Origin: a virus
Taxonomy: Duplodnaviria > Caudoviricetes
DNA length: 64,000 nt
IMG/VR virus record: IMGVR_UViG_3300014208_000026
Location: 1-64,000 of that record
Strand: one strand, 5' to 3'
Shown here: piece after piece, positions 1-9,487 of the stretch
Position numbering within the stretch: position 1 is the first letter of the stretch
How the letters are laid out: every line of letters begins with the position of its first letter
Made by a program: the position numbers and the translations under genes
The notes under the pieces: generated by a model
Database searches by the model: none
The model's input: the letters and a program-made list of their open reading frames with translations, nothing else
What the model was told of the DNA's origin: nothing

Positions 1-1
1 A

Positions 2-571
2 CTAGAGACGGTCGGCCCAACGCCGTGCTTGACGGACCAGGAACCCGCGGTAATCCTCAGCCGTCATGGCGCCCCACTTGGAGAACGTCGGGACGGTTTC
101 AATGTACGAAACGTTGCCGATCAGCCAGTCCTTGAGAGACTTTCCGAATTCAGTTGCCAAACCGGCCTGAACCTGGAGCCAATCCTGGTCATTAAGGAAA
201 GCGGTGTGCCAGAAATCGGCGTCTCGCAGAATCCCTTGCTCTGGCGTCAGAACCATGCCATCAGGCAACGGAAATTGCGTGCCTCGAATCAACTCTGCCG
301 CCCGTTCCAGGTCTACGCCCTCTCTTTTGGGTAGAGACATGACCTTGGCACAAGTTCGTTCGATATTCTTACCGTCGTCTCCCATCGTTCCAGGGTGTCC
401 CCAGTCGTGAAACAAGGCTGCGACGATGAAGGTCGGATCCTCTTTCAAGGTCCTGGAGACAGTGTCAGCCACTCGCAGGGCATGGGACAGGTTGTGGTAA
501 GGGTTGACCAACCAAGCCCCACCCAACTTGACGAGAGCAGTCAGATAGAAATCCCGGTCCGTAAGGCTCAT
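2..571 (-). CDS. HD-domain phosphohydrolase, cyclic-nucleotide PDE-like
   Basis: Motifs PYHNLSHA, ALFHDWGHPG and ILRDADF. Confidence 0.75.
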   Translation of the reverse strand: MSLTDRDFYLTALVKLGGAWLVNPYHNLSHALRVADTVSRTLKEDPTFIVAALFHDWGHPGTMGDDGKNIERTCAKVMSLPKREGVDLERAAELIRGTQFPLPDGMVLTPEQGILRDADFWHTAFLNDQDWLQVQAGLATEFGKSLKDWLIGNVSYIETVPTFSKWGAMTAEDYRGFLVRQARRWADRL

Positions 572-585
572 ACATTACCCCCGGC

Positions 586-1035
586 TTAGAAATGCCACTC
601 TCGACAAAAAGGGAACCCGTTCATATCCACCGAGCACTCTTGAAAAACGTCCTTGAGCCCGAAGACCCTCTTGATGTCCTTCACCATAGTACCGATGAAG
701 TGCTCCCTCTCAGCCTCGGGAGTGAAGTGCAGTTGGCAGTGGATCTGGAGAACTGTCGAGCACACCTGCCACGTCTTGGTCAGGTCCAGCTCTTCGTGGT
801 TCTCGCAGTGCGTGGCCAGGACGGCCAGATCGATCAATCTCTGGTCGGGAAGGGCGGTTTCCTTGCCCTCTTCGTGAGCCTGTCGGATCACCTCTGGCAG
901 TAGGCGAACGGCCTTTTCGCGAATGCCCCTGCAGGAACCGCTACCGTTGTAGAAGCCGTAATGGCAGCCCAAGCCAATCTCGCTCATGAGCTTCTGTTCC
1001 AGTTCGGTAGCCATGCCCGTCTCCGAGAGTTTCAT
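586..1035 (-). CDS. hypothetical protein
   Basis: 149-aa ORF directly downstream of a class I promoter motif. Confidence 0.6.
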   Translation of the reverse strand: MKLSETGMATELEQKLMSEIGLGCHYGFYNGSGSCRGIREKAVRLLPEVIRQAHEEGKETALPDQRLIDLAVLATHCENHEELDLTKTWQVCSTVLQIHCQLHFTPEAEREHFIGTMVKDIKRVFGLKDVFQECSVDMNGFPFCREWHF

Positions 1036-1051
1036 TCCTCACAGCCCTATG

Positions 1052-1079
1052 TATACGCCAGGACGGGGCAGAATGAAAC
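1052..1079 (-). promoter_or_regulatory. class I phage promoter motif GTTTCATT-N12-GGCGTATA
   Basis: One of 7 copies with identical 12-nt spacing, all upstream of genes. Confidence 0.8.
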
Positions 1080-1087
1080 TGAAATCG

Positions 1088-1462
1088 TCAGGTCTTAGCC
1101 TGCCCTTTTTTGACCAAGGTCTTCAGCCTTGGGATGTTGAGCCGCTTACGAATCCGGTCCAGGTCTGTCCTGTAAGCTGCTTCCGTAGGGCCAGGGGCTG
1201 CGAACCATCCAGGGTCCTGAAGAACGCGAGGTTCTGACTTTGTAATTCTTTTCAGGTACAGGCGAGCCTCTCGAATCTGAAGTTCCAAGGGGACGTGCTC
1301 GGGAATCCAACCTAAAGCACAAGCCACTTCAGGCCATAGCCAACAACGGTCTTTCTCGAAAAGGTCATAGTTTTTGCGGTTGTTCATACCTTTAGGGCCG
1401 GAGATTTCAACCCCTCGAAACAGGCACCATCGAATTGAGATGGTCGGAGTCTGGTAAATCAT
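1088..1462 (-). CDS. hypothetical protein
   Basis: 124-aa ORF with GGAGG RBS. Confidence 0.55.
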   Translation of the reverse strand: MIYQTPTISIRWCLFRGVEISGPKGMNNRKNYDLFEKDRCWLWPEVACALGWIPEHVPLELQIREARLYLKRITKSEPRVLQDPGWFAAPGPTEAAYRTDLDRIRKRLNIPRLKTLVKKGQAKT

Positions 1463-1484
1463 CCAGGGGTACCTCCCTGGATCA

Positions 1485-1514
1485 AGAATAGCATATCAGG
1501 AACCACGTCGTCAA
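1485..1514 (-). promoter_or_regulatory. sigma70-like promoter TTGACG-N18-TATTCT
   Basis: Consensus-like hexamers in the intergenic gap above 1462. Confidence 0.5.
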
Positions 1515-1518
1515 CAAA

Positions 1519-1977
1519 CTATGATCCAGCCCCAGGAGCAGCGGCCCTGAAACCCGAGATCATAACCAGCCCCCCTTGGCCCATTTGAAGGGCCTCTGTC
1601 CCCTTGAATCCGAAAACCTCTGGGACCACGACCCTCCACAATCCAAGAACCTGCCCTACCGCAAAAAGCTGTAAGGCAGAGTCTGTGCTCCCTAAGATCT
1701 TACCAACCCCCAGGTAGTTAGGGCCCTTGGCTAGGTTCTCCAGATCAGGGTACTGGTACAGGAGGGACACCAACTCCGCTCGGTGCTTCTCTGCTAAGTC
1801 CGTATTCACTACAACCCAACGAAGGCAAACATAGATTGTCTGGACCCCCTTCGGGTTTCCAGACAGCCCAACCCCGTCGTCGAGGAGTTGCTTCACGTTC
1901 AGATCCCTTCCAACAGGGAGCAACGACTCTCCGCCTGCCACTTCATCCAGAATTTCCCGCATTCTTTCTACGTTCAT
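1519..1977 (-). CDS. hypothetical phage-type protein
   Basis: 152-aa ORF, translationally coupled to its neighbour. Confidence 0.65.
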   Translation of the reverse strand: MNVERMREILDEVAGGESLLPVGRDLNVKQLLDDGVGLSGNPKGVQTIYVCLRWVVVNTDLAEKHRAELVSLLYQYPDLENLAKGPNYLGVGKILGSTDSALQLFAVGQVLGLWRVVVPEVFGFKGTEALQMGQGGLVMISGFRAAAPGAGS

Positions 1978-2249
1978 TTTTCGAACCTTTCCGTAGAGGG
2001 CAAAGCCAGGGTTGCTTTGTAGTCATTGACCATGAGAATCGGAGAAGAGTCACGACTCACGAACTGAACCTCTTCCAACGGAACAGTGGCAGACACAGCC
2101 AGCCCGTTTGGACCGGACACAAGAAGCACGACGTGTTGCTCCCTGAAGCCCAAGGTGTATTTGAAGTCCCCGAACTTCTTCACGAGAAGGTTTCCGGTCG
2201 GGCCTTCGGTTTTCCAACCTAGAGTTTCGAGTTCCTCTCGGGCACTCAT
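1974..2249 (-). CDS. hypothetical protein
   Basis: ATGA overlap with the upstream gene stop at 2246-2249. Confidence 0.55.
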   Translation of the reverse strand: MSAREELETLGWKTEGPTGNLLVKKFGDFKYTLGFREQHVVLLVSGPNGLAVSATVPLEEVQFVSRDSSPILMVNDYKATLALPSTERFEK

Positions 2250-2989
2250 AGGCGGTGTCCCCAAATCTGTTTGATAGCCTGCCCGATGCGATAGGTGTTC
2301 ACGGGGGATACGCCCCGAACCATCTCCGTGGCGCGGTTCGTAAGTCTGGCAGTATCCTCCCCTGTAGGAACTAAAACCCAGTCCCCGTGAATATCCTGCC
2401 AGGAGAAACCCGCCTCAGTCTCGCGGGCTTTGATCTTCTTCACCTTGAGGTACAGTCGCAAAGCTTCTACGGTCTGAGGGTGGGAGGAAAGCCACTCCGG
2501 TTTTCCCCGTCGCTTCGCGTTTACAGGGGGTTCGACCGGAGGGGGCGCAATTTGAGAAGTAGTGTTCTGGACAACTGCCCCCTCGTTGTCGACGATCACG
2601 GCTCTAGGGTGTTTCTTGTCTTTGCTCTTGAGCTGGACCAGTTTCTTCTGTTGTGCCTTACGAGGCCGTTTAGGCCAGTCAATCTGGGTGTCATGAACCC
2701 ACACAAAATGATTAGAGCCTAAATCCAGCAACCAAACCATCAAGGATCCCGCAAGAAGCTTCGTCGCCCCCATGAGAGCCCGCTGTTTTGCCTCCTCCTC
2801 TGGAGTAACTACACGGTAATCTGGGGGCCACGGTATTTCAGCGGGGAGGGGTCGCTTGCCTTTTTTTGGTTTGAAATATACCTTCAGGCGACTTCCGGTC
2901 TTGCTCTGTGACAGAACGGGTATCTCCCCTGTGGGGAAATACTTCTCCAAGATCCTGTTTTTCTCGTTCGGAGTTTCTTCGGGCGCCAT
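2246..2989 (-). CDS. hypothetical basic protein
   Basis: 247-aa ORF in a tightly packed minus-strand run. Confidence 0.6.
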   Translation of the reverse strand: MAPEETPNEKNRILEKYFPTGEIPVLSQSKTGSRLKVYFKPKKGKRPLPAEIPWPPDYRVVTPEEEAKQRALMGATKLLAGSLMVWLLDLGSNHFVWVHDTQIDWPKRPRKAQQKKLVQLKSKDKKHPRAVIVDNEGAVVQNTTSQIAPPPVEPPVNAKRRGKPEWLSSHPQTVEALRLYLKVKKIKARETEAGFSWQDIHGDWVLVPTGEDTARLTNRATEMVRGVSPVNTYRIGQAIKQIWGHRL

Positions 2990-3008
2990 CGGGTGGGCCG
3001 TCCTACGT

Positions 3009-3908
3009 CTAAGACTGCTTCAGCACGCCGGAGCCCTTGCAGTGCGGGCAGACGTTCCAAGCGCCGATATCTACGCTCGCTGCAAGCTGGGAGCAGTAGT
3101 CGTCGATAGTGGCTTGAAGATCCGTGAAGTTCTCAGCCCTCAGTTCAGGCAGACGTACTGCATCAGGGGAGGCTTGGTTGTATTTGCCGACAAGCTCCAA
3201 CAGCTTGGATTCGCGGTATTGTTCGAGTTTGGTACACCACTTCTCCCGACGTCCCTTCGTGACAGTATAGTTGATCGTAGACGAGAACGGTACGGCCAGT
3301 TTGATGTTCACCGTCATGGTCTGTATGCTGTCGTAGTCCCGCACGATATACCGATCAGGGTACTTCGCTACGACGTCAAGGACTGCTTTTCGAGCAAAGG
3401 GCCACAGATTCTCCGGAGAGATCCGGCACGAATATGCGTGCCACAGGTAAGGAGCATACTCCAGGCGATAGGGGAAATCGACTTGGCACCAACTCGGGAT
3501 TTCCCGAGGTTCGGCTACAGCTTGAAAGACCTCAAACTCCAGAGGACTCTCGACGGGCGGATCGGGGGTGAAAATTGGATGATAGAATTGGACGTTCTCT
3601 CCTACCCAAAGACCGTCCCCGTCCTCATCCCGCCAAAACGTTGCAGGGGGAACGCTTTCAACCAATCCTGCCGCACGGGCTACTTTGGCGGTTTCGGGAA
3701 CCAACTCAAAATGAGACAGAGTGCGCCCGCCGGAAACCAAGGCTACGACACTAACTACATCCCCCTCTACGATCGCCCAGTTCCTATCCCCCGGGGAAAC
3801 TACGACGGGGGTGCCGTTGATCAGGAGACTACTTCGACCAAGGGCATAACCCACGTTCACGTAGGAACGGCCGTTTGGAGCCTTGATGACGTGCATCTTG
3901 TTTCCCAT
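3009..3908 (-). CDS. hypothetical protein with C-terminal CxxCxGxG zinc finger
   Basis: Ends in CPHCKGSG; ATG at 3908. Confidence 0.65.
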   Translation of the reverse strand: MGNKMHVIKAPNGRSYVNVGYALGRSSLLINGTPVVVSPGDRNWAIVEGDVVSVVALVSGGRTLSHFELVPETAKVARAAGLVESVPPATFWRDEDGDGLWVGENVQFYHPIFTPDPPVESPLEFEVFQAVAEPREIPSWCQVDFPYRLEYAPYLWHAYSCRISPENLWPFARKAVLDVVAKYPDRYIVRDYDSIQTMTVNIKLAVPFSSTINYTVTKGRREKWCTKLEQYRESKLLELVGKYNQASPDAVRLPELRAENFTDLQATIDDYCSQLAASVDIGAWNVCPHCKGSGVLKQS

Positions 3909-3946
3909 GGTCTTCTGCCCCCAGACTGCGAGCCCTGTTCGGAACA

Positions 3947-3975
3947 CAACTATCTGAAACAGGGCTCTTTGTCAA
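3947..3975 (-). promoter_or_regulatory. possible sigma70 promoter TTGACA-N17-TAGTTG
   Basis: Perfect -35, weak -10, intergenic. Confidence 0.35.
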
Positions 3976-3982
3976 GAAACTT

Positions 3983-4267
3983 CTAGGCACTCGCCTGGGT
4001 AGGTTTCTTGGCTTGAATCGACGCTTGCTTCTTCAGGTAGGCAAGGGCCTTGCGCACCCAGGGATCTGCCTCCCGCTTCGGGAGCCTAGCCCAGCGCCGA
4101 ATCCCCTCGTACTCGATGGTAGAGGGGCTTCCTTGGGTATCGTCATCCGTCGACAGAACATAGGGCTCGTAGTCCTTGTCGAATTCGTCGTCGTTGTAGA
4201 CGAACGAACCCTGTTGCAACCGAACGACAATGAACCCCTCACGGCACTTCAGCACGTCGCAGTACAC
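3983..4267 (-). CDS. hypothetical protein
   Basis: 94-aa ORF with AAGGAG RBS. Confidence 0.55.
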   Translation of the reverse strand: MYCDVLKCREGFIVVRLQQGSFVYNDDEFDKDYEPYVLSTDDDTQGSPSTIEYEGIRRWARLPKREADPWVRKALAYLKKQASIQAKKPTQASA

Positions 4268-4338
4268 TTCCGGACTCCTTTTCTATTGAGGACAGCATGA
4301 ACAACACACGGTTTTGATAGGGAAAGAAACGACATTCT

Positions 4339-4923
4339 CTAACCAACCATCTGGACGGCCATTTTCAGGTGCTCGACAACTCTTTGAGTCAGGGCAGGAT
4401 CCTGCTGCCTGAGAAGATACGCCGGATGGTACGTAGGCAAGACCGTGAAGCTAACTTTGGTTGCGGGGTTCGTGTGGGTTCGCGGAATGCCGACCAATTC
4501 GGCCATTGACAGTTGCGTGCCACAAAGCAGATTCCCCGCAAAGCGTCCCAGGGCCACTACCACGACAGGCTGCAACAGGAACAGCTTGGCGTGGAGGTAC
4601 TTCGCACAGCACTTGATTTCTTCGGGGGTCGGGTCTCGGTTATCCGGAGGTCGACAGCACAAGACGTTGGTAATGAACACGTCCTGCCGTTTCAAACCCG
4701 CTTGCTGAAGCATATCGACGAGAAGCGTCCCCGCCCGTCCAACAAAAGGACGGCCCTGGAGGTCTTCATTTCGGCCTGGGGCTTCCCCTACCAGGGCAAT
4801 CTTCGTTTCGTGGGAGCCTTCCCCGAACACCACCCTCTTACGATCGGTGTGCAACCCACACTGAGTGCAAGCTTCGATTTTGGCGTGAAGATAGGCCAGC
4901 CGGTCAGGAACGTTCGAGTTCAT
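4339..4923 (-). CDS. udg: uracil-DNA glycosylase, family 4 (Fe-S)
   Basis: CTQC, GEAPGRNEDLQGRPFVG, CCRPPDNR and HPAYLLR motifs. Confidence 0.92.
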   Translation of the reverse strand: MNSNVPDRLAYLHAKIEACTQCGLHTDRKRVVFGEGSHETKIALVGEAPGRNEDLQGRPFVGRAGTLLVDMLQQAGLKRQDVFITNVLCCRPPDNRDPTPEEIKCCAKYLHAKLFLLQPVVVVALGRFAGNLLCGTQLSMAELVGIPRTHTNPATKVSFTVLPTYHPAYLLRQQDPALTQRVVEHLKMAVQMVG

Positions 4924-5168
4924 TGGCGATACAGCTCTGCGGCGGAGTCAAGGTCAAGGCAGTTCAGCAAAGCAATGGGCAATGCCCGCCACTCTCTAGT
5001 CCCCCGATCTGAAGTCCAAAGCTGTTCAAGCTTGTCCCCCACAGCGAGACGTGGAGAGGAATCTTTTTCAGTCGGCCTGCCGATATGAGGCCGTACAATT
5101 CTAAGCTGTGCCGTAGCACTCCAGGTTAAACCAGTAGACCCATCCACAGTACTCAACGTCGTTTCCAT
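4920..5168 (-). CDS. hypothetical protein
   Basis: ATGA-coupled to the vWA gene stop. Confidence 0.5.
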   Translation of the reverse strand: METTLSTVDGSTGLTWSATAQLRIVRPHIGRPTEKDSSPRLAVGDKLEQLWTSDRGTREWRALPIALLNCLDLDSAAELYRQ

Positions 5169-7201
5169 CAGCCCCTCCGCTTGTCGGCGTCTAGCAAATC
5201 TCCCACCACACGAAGGCATTCTACAGGCAATTCCTCAAAAGAGGAAGCCCAAATATGCCCTGGCAAGATTCTACCCCCATACTCGAAATCGGAAAACAGA
5301 ATTTTCAGATATTCCGTGTGAGGGCCCGCCCCAACCCCGACAACATGAACTCCTTGCTTGCGGGCTTTCCGCAGCAACCAACGAACCACGTCCGCCCGAT
5401 CCGGTTCCCCGTCAGTAACCACGAACATCACGCGGTATTTCTCCCTGCGGGGGCGCAAGCAACTCAACGCAAAATGCATCCCATCGGCAAGGGGCGTAGA
5501 CCCCGTGGCCTCTGTGTTGGCAAATCGCCATTGGACGGTAGTCAGCTTCTCCTCGAACGTCTTGAACACGTCCAGGAGCACCCCATCCAATCGGTGATAG
5601 TGCTCCGGAAGGTCAGGGTTTTCCTTCAACAAGACTGATGCGTCAGGACAAGGTTTTCCATTCTGAACGCCTACGGCCATGACCGGACAACCCAAAGAAT
5701 CAAAAGTGTCCGTCAAGGCCAGGGTGATTTGGGCCAGGAGGGTCTGTATCTTGCTCCAGGCTACAGAACTGCTTTCGTCGAGCACCACGACTGCGGCAAG
5801 GCTTTCGTCCAGGGCCGCACCCTTCTTCTTGAAAGCCCTCTTCGGAACCTCCCCATCTCGTAAGGAAATATAGGAGTCAACAAGATACCGTTCGGAAAGG
5901 TCTGTCCCGTGAGGCAGTCCGTGAGCCACCGAAACCAATTCCATAGCCCGTACTTTGTTGCGGAGGCGGGCTCTGAGGAAAGCAACGGCTTTCCGAGTGG
6001 CTACGACCAACTCTCTCGCCCTGGCCTGATCCTCCTCCTTCCCGCGCCGAGAGGGTCGCACCTCTTGTATCTTGTCGAGGCTCTGGTCGTAGGGCGCCCA
6101 AGGGAACTCCCCTTCCAGCATTCCCGTGAACTGTTGGCCTGAAATAAACTGAAGGGCCGCTTCCACGGCTTGTTGGACGTCTCCGTAGTTCGGCAGGTCC
6201 GGAAGGGTCAGTATCTCTTCCAGAATGTTTGCAGCGGCCTCTGTAAAGTCCTGCTCAGGTTCCTCATTCTCAGGCGTTTCGGGTTCGGGCTCTTTTCCCT
6301 CGGGTTCGGGTTCCTTTTCCTCGGGCTCGGGCTCAAGCTCCGGAGGAGGCGGGGGGTCTTCCTGAGCAAGCTGATAGACCTCTGCCACGAGGTCCATGGC
6401 AATACGGAAAACTTGAATGCCCTCTCCCGCCCCGAGGGAAGCGGCTTGTTCTAGCAGAGGGGCCAGGGGGCCCGTACGAACCAGGGCGACCTCTATGGGA
6501 AAAGCCTTCTCGTATTCCTCTATGTTTCGGAGTACCTTCGGGGTATGGTGCCCTGCCCCCAGGAAGTACATAGCCTTCAGAACAGCTTCCAGGGCGGTAG
6601 GGCCGGTGTAGCCAGGATTCTTTCTCTGGTTCTCGGCGTTCTGGTCAATCGCGAAATCAAACAGATCGTGCCTGTCCTGGATAGTCCCGGGGTAATCGCG
6701 GCTGCCGTTCCGCTCTATGAAAATGTCGTCCACGAGATTCATGATCAGCAGGAAAAACTTAGCTAGCACCCCCCATTTGGGGACGCGGGACCAGCGGGGC
6801 AGGATGATCGCTGCCATCTCCTCTGTGGAGAGAGCCCGCCTGGGGCTGTAGAGAGTGTGGAAAGCTTCATGGGCGGCCCCACCCATGAGGGCTCTTGCCA
6901 GAGGTGGCGGGAGGGACTCAGGGGTGTTGGCGATCACGATATGGGGGTTTGGGGCGTCCTTCTCGTTGGCCGCGAGTACCCAAGCAGCTACGTGTTGAAT
7001 ATCGGGCTCTGCGTCAGGGTTCTGCAAAGCCCACTGGCACATCTCGGCCGCCAGGATACGAAGGGTCCAGCGGTCTACGTTGTAAAAGGAAGCCCCTCGG
7101 GAGAACACCTTTCGACGCAACCGTGTCCGTGCCAGGATGGAATCCACGGCGTGTTGGTACGTGAGCCTATAGCGCTCGCCCTGTAGAAGTAACTGAGTCA
7201 C
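5168..7201 (-). CDS. CobT-like vWA protein: HExxH N-domain, acidic Pro/Glu linker, C-terminal vWA
   Basis: HEAFH; EP-rich linker; MIDAS residues LDESSS, GSTP and VTDG; GTG start at 7201 with AAGGAG RBS. Confidence 0.8.
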   Translation of the reverse strand: MTQLLLQGERYRLTYQHAVDSILARTRLRRKVFSRGASFYNVDRWTLRILAAEMCQWALQNPDAEPDIQHVAAWVLAANEKDAPNPHIVIANTPESLPPPLARALMGGAAHEAFHTLYSPRRALSTEEMAAIILPRWSRVPKWGVLAKFFLLIMNLVDDIFIERNGSRDYPGTIQDRHDLFDFAIDQNAENQRKNPGYTGPTALEAVLKAMYFLGAGHHTPKVLRNIEEYEKAFPIEVALVRTGPLAPLLEQAASLGAGEGIQVFRIAMDLVAEVYQLAQEDPPPPPELEPEPEEKEPEPEGKEPEPETPENEEPEQDFTEAAANILEEILTLPDLPNYGDVQQAVEAALQFISGQQFTGMLEGEFPWAPYDQSLDKIQEVRPSRRGKEEDQARARELVVATRKAVAFLRARLRNKVRAMELVSVAHGLPHGTDLSERYLVDSYISLRDGEVPKRAFKKKGAALDESLAAVVVLDESSSVAWSKIQTLLAQITLALTDTFDSLGCPVMAVGVQNGKPCPDASVLLKENPDLPEHYHRLDGVLLDVFKTFEEKLTTVQWRFANTEATGSTPLADGMHFALSCLRPRREKYRVMFVVTDGEPDRADVVRWLLRKARKQGVHVVGVGAGPHTEYLKILFSDFEYGGRILPGHIWASSFEELPVECLRVVGDLLDADKRRG

Positions 7202-7224
7202 TCGGGAACTCCTTCTGTCCCCTA

Positions 7225-7252
7225 TATACACCAGAGAGGGGCAGAATGAAAC
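7225..7252 (-). promoter_or_regulatory. class I promoter, leftward
   Basis: GTTTCATT-N12-GGTGTATA on the minus strand. Confidence 0.82.
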
Positions 7253-7253
7253 T

Positions 7254-7281
7254 GTTTCATTTTCGGTCCGGACGGTGTATA
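7254..7281 (+). promoter_or_regulatory. class I promoter, rightward
   Basis: GTTTCATT-N12-GGTGTATA; forms the inverted repeat AATGAAAC-T-GTTTCATT with the leftward copy. Confidence 0.82.
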
Positions 7282-7310
7282 CAGGGGGTGTGATTGAGGA
7301 GGGGTGCCTT

Positions 7311-8507
7311 TTGAAGGCTGTCTGCCGAGAATGCGGGTTCGAGGATCACTACCTGGGGAGCCACGTGCTTTGTGCACACGGCTCGTCCCTGGACGAATAC
7401 CAGAGGAAGTACCCTGACGGTCAAGTCCTTTCGGAACAGGCGTTTAACCGGTATGCAGAGCATGCCGCAGAGGTGCCACATCGCCTTCCCGTGCAAGCTA
7501 CGCCGGGGTCTCCCGTCTTCACAAGCATCGCCGGAGTTCGAGTTCAAGTGAACACCGACGTCCTCGTAGAAGACTGCCTGCCCCTGCCCAACAACTACCG
7601 CCTGCCTCAGTATGGCAAGACCAGCGAGAAGTTGTTTCACGTGGCTCTGTCCCTCCACAACCGGCGGCATACCTACATATGGGGACAGCCCGGGGCGGGT
7701 AAGGACGCCTTTGTGCACGCATGGTCTTGGCTGACCCGAACTCCCGCCCTCATCCTGCAAATCCGCCCAGGAGAGGATCTCCAGTCCTGGCTCTACACCC
7801 GCTCCTTTGACAAGTCCGGAACCCGTTGGGACGAAGGGGCTCTCCTGAAGGCTGTCCGAGACGGATATACAACAACTTCTGGACGGAAGATCCCGTACCT
7901 TGTTCTTATCACGGACTTCGACAGAGCCACACCAGAGCAGGGAGAAATCCTGCGTCTCATCCTGGACTCAATCTCGGGCCGAATCCAGGGACCTGAGGGA
8001 CAGATTTTCGACGTGCTCCCTGGAACCTTGATTGTCGCCACGGGAAACACCGCGGGCGGGGGAGATCCTAGGGGCCGCAACATTTCGGCCAACCCTATCG
8101 ACGCTTCCCTGTTCGATCGTTTCAAGAGGAAATTCGAATTCGGATACCTCGACCGGAGGGATGAGGAACCTGTAGTCAAGGCCAAGTTCCCCCTCCTGGT
8201 CCAGCGGTCTCCCTGGGTTTTTAACGAGGCCATGCAGTCCACGGAATCGATCCGAACGGCTATTGAGAACGAGACGATCTACTGGGACTTCGGGCACCGC
8301 ACTCTTTGTGACTGGCTCGAACATGCCGAAGACTACGTCCGGTGTCTGGCGGACGAAAAAGAGGTGCCGGATAACCTGTTGCGTCTTGCCCTGTGTGCAA
8401 TCGTCGACGGAGGGCCAGACCCCGAGACGAGAGACGCCATTCGAGCTAGTCTGAGAATTCACCTTGGCGGCACAGATCCCGCAATCTTGGGGACTACGAC
8501 ACCATGA
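7311..8507 (+). CDS. MoxR/CbbQ/CobS-like AAA+ ATPase with N-terminal C2H2-like zinc finger
   Basis: CRECG...H...H; Walker A GQPGAGKD; ATGNT; DASLFDRF; TTG start after GAGGAGG. Confidence 0.82.
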   Translation: MKAVCRECGFEDHYLGSHVLCAHGSSLDEYQRKYPDGQVLSEQAFNRYAEHAAEVPHRLPVQATPGSPVFTSIAGVRVQVNTDVLVEDCLPLPNNYRLPQYGKTSEKLFHVALSLHNRRHTYIWGQPGAGKDAFVHAWSWLTRTPALILQIRPGEDLQSWLYTRSFDKSGTRWDEGALLKAVRDGYTTTSGRKIPYLVLITDFDRATPEQGEILRLILDSISGRIQGPEGQIFDVLPGTLIVATGNTAGGGDPRGRNISANPIDASLFDRFKRKFEFGYLDRRDEEPVVKAKFPLLVQRSPWVFNEAMQSTESIRTAIENETIYWDFGHRTLCDWLEHAEDYVRCLADEKEVPDNLLRLALCAIVDGGPDPETRDAIRASLRIHLGGTDPAILGTTTP

Positions 8508-8947
8508 AACCAGATTTTCCCCCTCGCCCGACCAACCCAGGCCCGCCGTTCGAACAGGACCCCTATTTGATGGGGCTGAGGCTCGCTGTTGTTCCGTGCT
8601 TTGGCCATTACTGGTCCGAAAGCCCTGCCTGTCCTGGCTGTCAGGTGGCGGGGGTCTGCTGGGACAAGACGGCAGAGGGATTGACCGGCTTCGGGGCTCT
8701 TTGTAGTGCGGGAGAAACCACCGGAACAGAGGTCCCTTCCACGGGTCCTGCCTCCGATCCCGATATCTCTTACCTGCAAATACAGGGCATAGCCCACTCC
8801 GTAATGAATGCAGCCCTCGAAGGATCCTGTTTGAAATGCACAGGCGTAATCCCCAAGGGGGCTCCGGTCATTTTCATAAACGGGCGCGGGTTGTATCATC
8901 GGGCATGCCCTCCCTCTGAAGAAGAAGTGCGGGACTTGCGGCACTGA
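8504..8947 (+). CDS. small Cys/His-rich, probably zinc-binding protein
   Basis: CFGHY...CPGC...C and CLKC...HRAC; ATGA-coupled to the AAA gene. Confidence 0.6.
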   Translation: MKPDFPPRPTNPGPPFEQDPYLMGLRLAVVPCFGHYWSESPACPGCQVAGVCWDKTAEGLTGFGALCSAGETTGTEVPSTGPASDPDISYLQIQGIAHSVMNAALEGSCLKCTGVIPKGAPVIFINGRGLYHRACPPSEEEVRDLRH

Positions 8948-8984
8948 TTGGGGTATATAGAGGGCGAGCGGACCTTCAAGGGGC

Positions 8985-9455
8985 TTGCCTGTGGCCGACA
9001 CTCCCGTTCGTGATGCTCTCCGGCTCTTTCAGCAATCCATTCAGCAACTCCACCAAGACGCCGAAAAGGGCGGAGTCCCCGCCAAAGTCGCAGCAGGGTT
9101 CTTCTACTGGAACCTGATCGAGTCAGCAACGGCTGCTTTGGAAGCCTTGAAACCCGCACTCAGGAAAGAAGCACTGCGGAGTAGACAGAAAAATACTGTC
9201 CTGAAAGGGTCCGAGGATACCGCCTGTTCTGTCTGTTCTCCAGGGCCCGTTCTCGAACTGGACCCCAAAGTCAACATAGAGGAACTCAAAGAGAGGTTGG
9301 GGGACCAGTTCTCAATCTACTTTGAAACGACAATCAGACTCCGCAAGGATATTGAAAGTCGTCTCATGGATACGGATCTCGACCCCGCGATGAAGTCTAA
9401 GGTGCTACAGGTGCTGGTGCAGAGAGATCAGACACCGAGGGTGGCGTTCAGGTAA
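8985..9455 (+). CDS. hypothetical protein
   Basis: 156-aa ORF after a GGGTATATAG motif. Confidence 0.6.
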   Translation: MPVADTPVRDALRLFQQSIQQLHQDAEKGGVPAKVAAGFFYWNLIESATAALEALKPALRKEALRSRQKNTVLKGSEDTACSVCSPGPVLELDPKVNIEELKERLGDQFSIYFETTIRLRKDIESRLMDTDLDPAMKSKVLQVLVQRDQTPRVAFR

Positions 9456-9487
9456 GACAAAAGGTTTTCTGTGCTGTGGATAGCTTG

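Noticed and set aside
2856-3986. Long plus-strand ORF, and similar shadows at 9978-10856, 25460-26398, 46632-48605, 48829-49917 and 50115-51458
   Set aside because: These are antisense shadows of well-supported genes in GC-rich DNA, with no recognisable motifs.
6280-6360. DNA tandem repeat with a regulatory role
   Set aside because: It simply encodes the Glu-Pro linker of the vWA protein.
5168-8507. Cobalamin biosynthesis (cobS/cobT)
   Set aside because: No cobN or other cob genes are present. Such pairs are common in phages as generic MoxR-vWA modules.
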